The translations under genes and the position numbers were made by a program. The notes beneath the pieces were generated by a model. It saw only the letters and a list, made by a program, of their open reading frames with translations, was not told where the DNA came from and did not search any database. A stretch of 64,000 nucleotides of DNA from Mytilus trossulus. Lineage: Eukaryota. The DNA is taken from NCBI RefSeq assembly GCF_036588685.1, contig NC_086379.1, positions 80,972,001 through 81,036,000 of the forward strand. The letters run 5' to 3'. Shown here in pieces: positions 62,420 through 64,000 of this stretch (positions are counted from its first letter, which is position 1; the number at the start of each line of letters is the position of its first letter).

Positions 62420-64000
62420 CCCTTTCAAGGCGAACAATGCATTGAGGCATCCCCGTAGCCAGGCTGAACAATGCGTTGAGTCATCCCCGTAGCCAGGCCG
62501 AACAATGCTTTCATGCATTAACAATCACGTGATGAAAATAATTTTCGTCTTTTTAACTCATTTCCCCCGTAACCTACGTTTAACCCAATAAATATCAAGG
62601 TTTTCAACAAGCTTGCATGTTACAGTATAAGAATACGTATTCTTACTGAGTTTGACGCCTAATATTTACCATAGTACAATGAAAGATCGGTAGCGTCAAC
62701 AAACAAAATAAGTCGTCGCCATTTTGTACAAGACATGTGATGAGAACATGTGACCTTTTAGGTCAAGAAAATGTTATTTAGAAGGAAAGTCAAATATAAT
62801 TTCATTATTATTTTGATTTATATAATGATTAGAATAACGAAAAATGCTTTTCAAAACTTCACGGAGAATAAAAGTCAAGTAATAATTGGACTTCCGTGGG
62901 CGCGGCTATTCCATTTTCCCACGAGTGCAAAAGGTCGCACTCCTTTTATGGAAAATCTAAATAAAACTATCCAATCACTTTCCTCTCCCACTTGCTCGGT
63001 GTCAAGGACGCCAAAATCGTAGTAAATATAGTAAAATGTCGTCTGTAACATTTTGAAAATACAAAAATGTCCGACACTTCAGAGGACGAGTTTGAGGGGT
63101 TTTCGGCGGGTGAAATCGAACTTGCATGCCAAAGATATCAAGTACAATTAGCCCAAAACGGCATTGGTGATGATTTTCTGATAAGTGATGTTGAAAGTGA
63201 ACTGTCTGATGATGAACCACAACTTGTTGACGTAAATAATGCCGGTGATGCACCCAACAATGATGGATGGCACCAAGGGTTTGACATTTATGAAAGAGGT
63301 CTCCCCCATCTGTTTCAACCCAGAAATACTACTGGTCCACAAAATATATTAGGCCCAGAGAAGGAAATAATTGACTTTTTCCAACTGTTCTTGTCTGACC
63401 ACCTTTTACAACAGATAATTGAGAAAACTGATAGCTATGCACAGATGCAAAAAGATTTGAATCCTGACCTAAACAAGTCAGCTTGGTCTTGTCCTTCCTT
63501 GCCCGAGATGAAGGCTTTTATTGGTTTAACTTTCCTAATGGGTATTGATGTGAAGCCAGATTTAAAATCCTACTGGTCTAAAGATTGTCTGGAAACCCCA
63601 TATTTTGCCACAGTTTTGGCACGTGACAGGTTCATGCAAATTATGAGGTATCTACACTTTACTGATCCTCACCAGCGAGTTCCACAAAGAGGGGAGCCTA
63701 ACTACGACAGTACTTACAAAGTCAGATACTTTATGGAAGCTCTTAACCAAAAAATGAGGGATCAATATATACCTAAAAGAAATGTATCAATCGATGAGTG
63801 TATGATACCATACAAGGGAAGGGTTGCCTTGAAAAAATACATGCCTGCTAAACCAACAAAATGGGGAATTAAGCTCTGGGCGTTGGCAGAGTCTGACACT
63901 GGGTATATGTCATTTTGTAAAATCTACCAGGGCAAAACAGATAGAACGCAAGTAGGGTTGGCTAGCACTGTCGTTATTTCCTGTCTTGAAGGTGCCAATT
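62420..64000 (+). mobile_element. piggyBac DNA transposon (left part; runs off the window)
   Basis: TTAA target at 62416-62419, then a CCCTTT terminus; 34-bp subterminal direct repeats at about 62429-62508; transposase ORF downstream. Confidence 0.9.
63067..64000 (+). CDS. piggyBac (PGBD4-like) transposase, open to the window end
   Basis: Stop-free frame from ATG 63067 (absent from the ORF track because no stop falls in the window): acidic N-terminus MSDTSEDEFEGF, DFFQLFL, EMKAFIGL..MGI, YWS, RDRFMQIMRYLHF, VSIDECMIPYKGR, YMPAKPTKWGIKLWALAESDTGY. Confidence 0.93.
   Translation, partial: MSDTSEDEFEGFSAGEIELACQRYQVQLAQNGIGDDFLISDVESELSDDEPQLVDVNNAGDAPNNDGWHQGFDIYERGLPHLFQPRNTTGPQNILGPEKEIIDFFQLFLSDHLLQQIIEKTDSYAQMQKDLNPDLNKSAWSCPSLPEMKAFIGLTFLMGIDVKPDLKSYWSKDCLETPYFATVLARDRFMQIMRYLHFTDPHQRVPQRGEPNYDSTYKVRYFMEALNQKMRDQYIPKRNVSIDECMIPYKGRVALKKYMPAKPTKWGIKLWALAESDTGYMSFCKIYQGKTDRTQVGLASTVVISCLEGAN

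Noticed and set aside
62960-63066. In-frame Piwi-transposase fusion through an acceptor upstream of the transposase ATG
   Set aside because: In-frame TAA at 63046 and no AG between it and the ATG; nearby AGs give stops or the wrong phase.
174-63342. Most short ORFs in the supplied track
   Set aside because: They are chance AT-rich frames, antisense shadows, or exons read through into introns. Only those matching the exon models, RTs or transposase were kept.

Overview
AT-rich, intron-rich animal DNA; the repeat families suggest a bivalve, probably Mytilus (inference). Bases 679-45058 (+) hold a 5'-incomplete gene of 47 coding exons (about 1,894 codons, reconstructed by hand with consistent GT-AG phases). 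It encodes an astacin metalloprotease: pro-astacin, EGF, CUB, (EGF-MAM)x3, EGF, TSP1x2, MAM, (EGF-MAM)x3. Bases 58625-62022 (+) hold the first three coding exons of a probable Piwi-clade (PIWIL2/Ago3-like) gene; a piggyBac with an open transposase ORF sits in the next intron. Two things stand out. (1) An endonuclease-less Penelope-like retroelement (30293-33311, -) carries a complete hammerhead ribozyme, and three of four extra copies of its 57-nt terminal unit begin exactly at the predicted self-cleavage site. (2) Four donor splice sites of the protease gene are amplified as 'exon 3' end + GT donor' tandem arrays (67 bp x3, 83 bp x16, 89 bp x42, 94 bp x2); the 89-bp unit reads as a 59-nt intron plus an in-frame 30-nt micro-exon. 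Also present: a second, minimal retrozyme-type hammerhead, MITEs with 5- and 6-bp TSDs, Helentron-type repeats, SINEs and a decayed LINE. Coordinates were counted by hand and may be off by a few bases.
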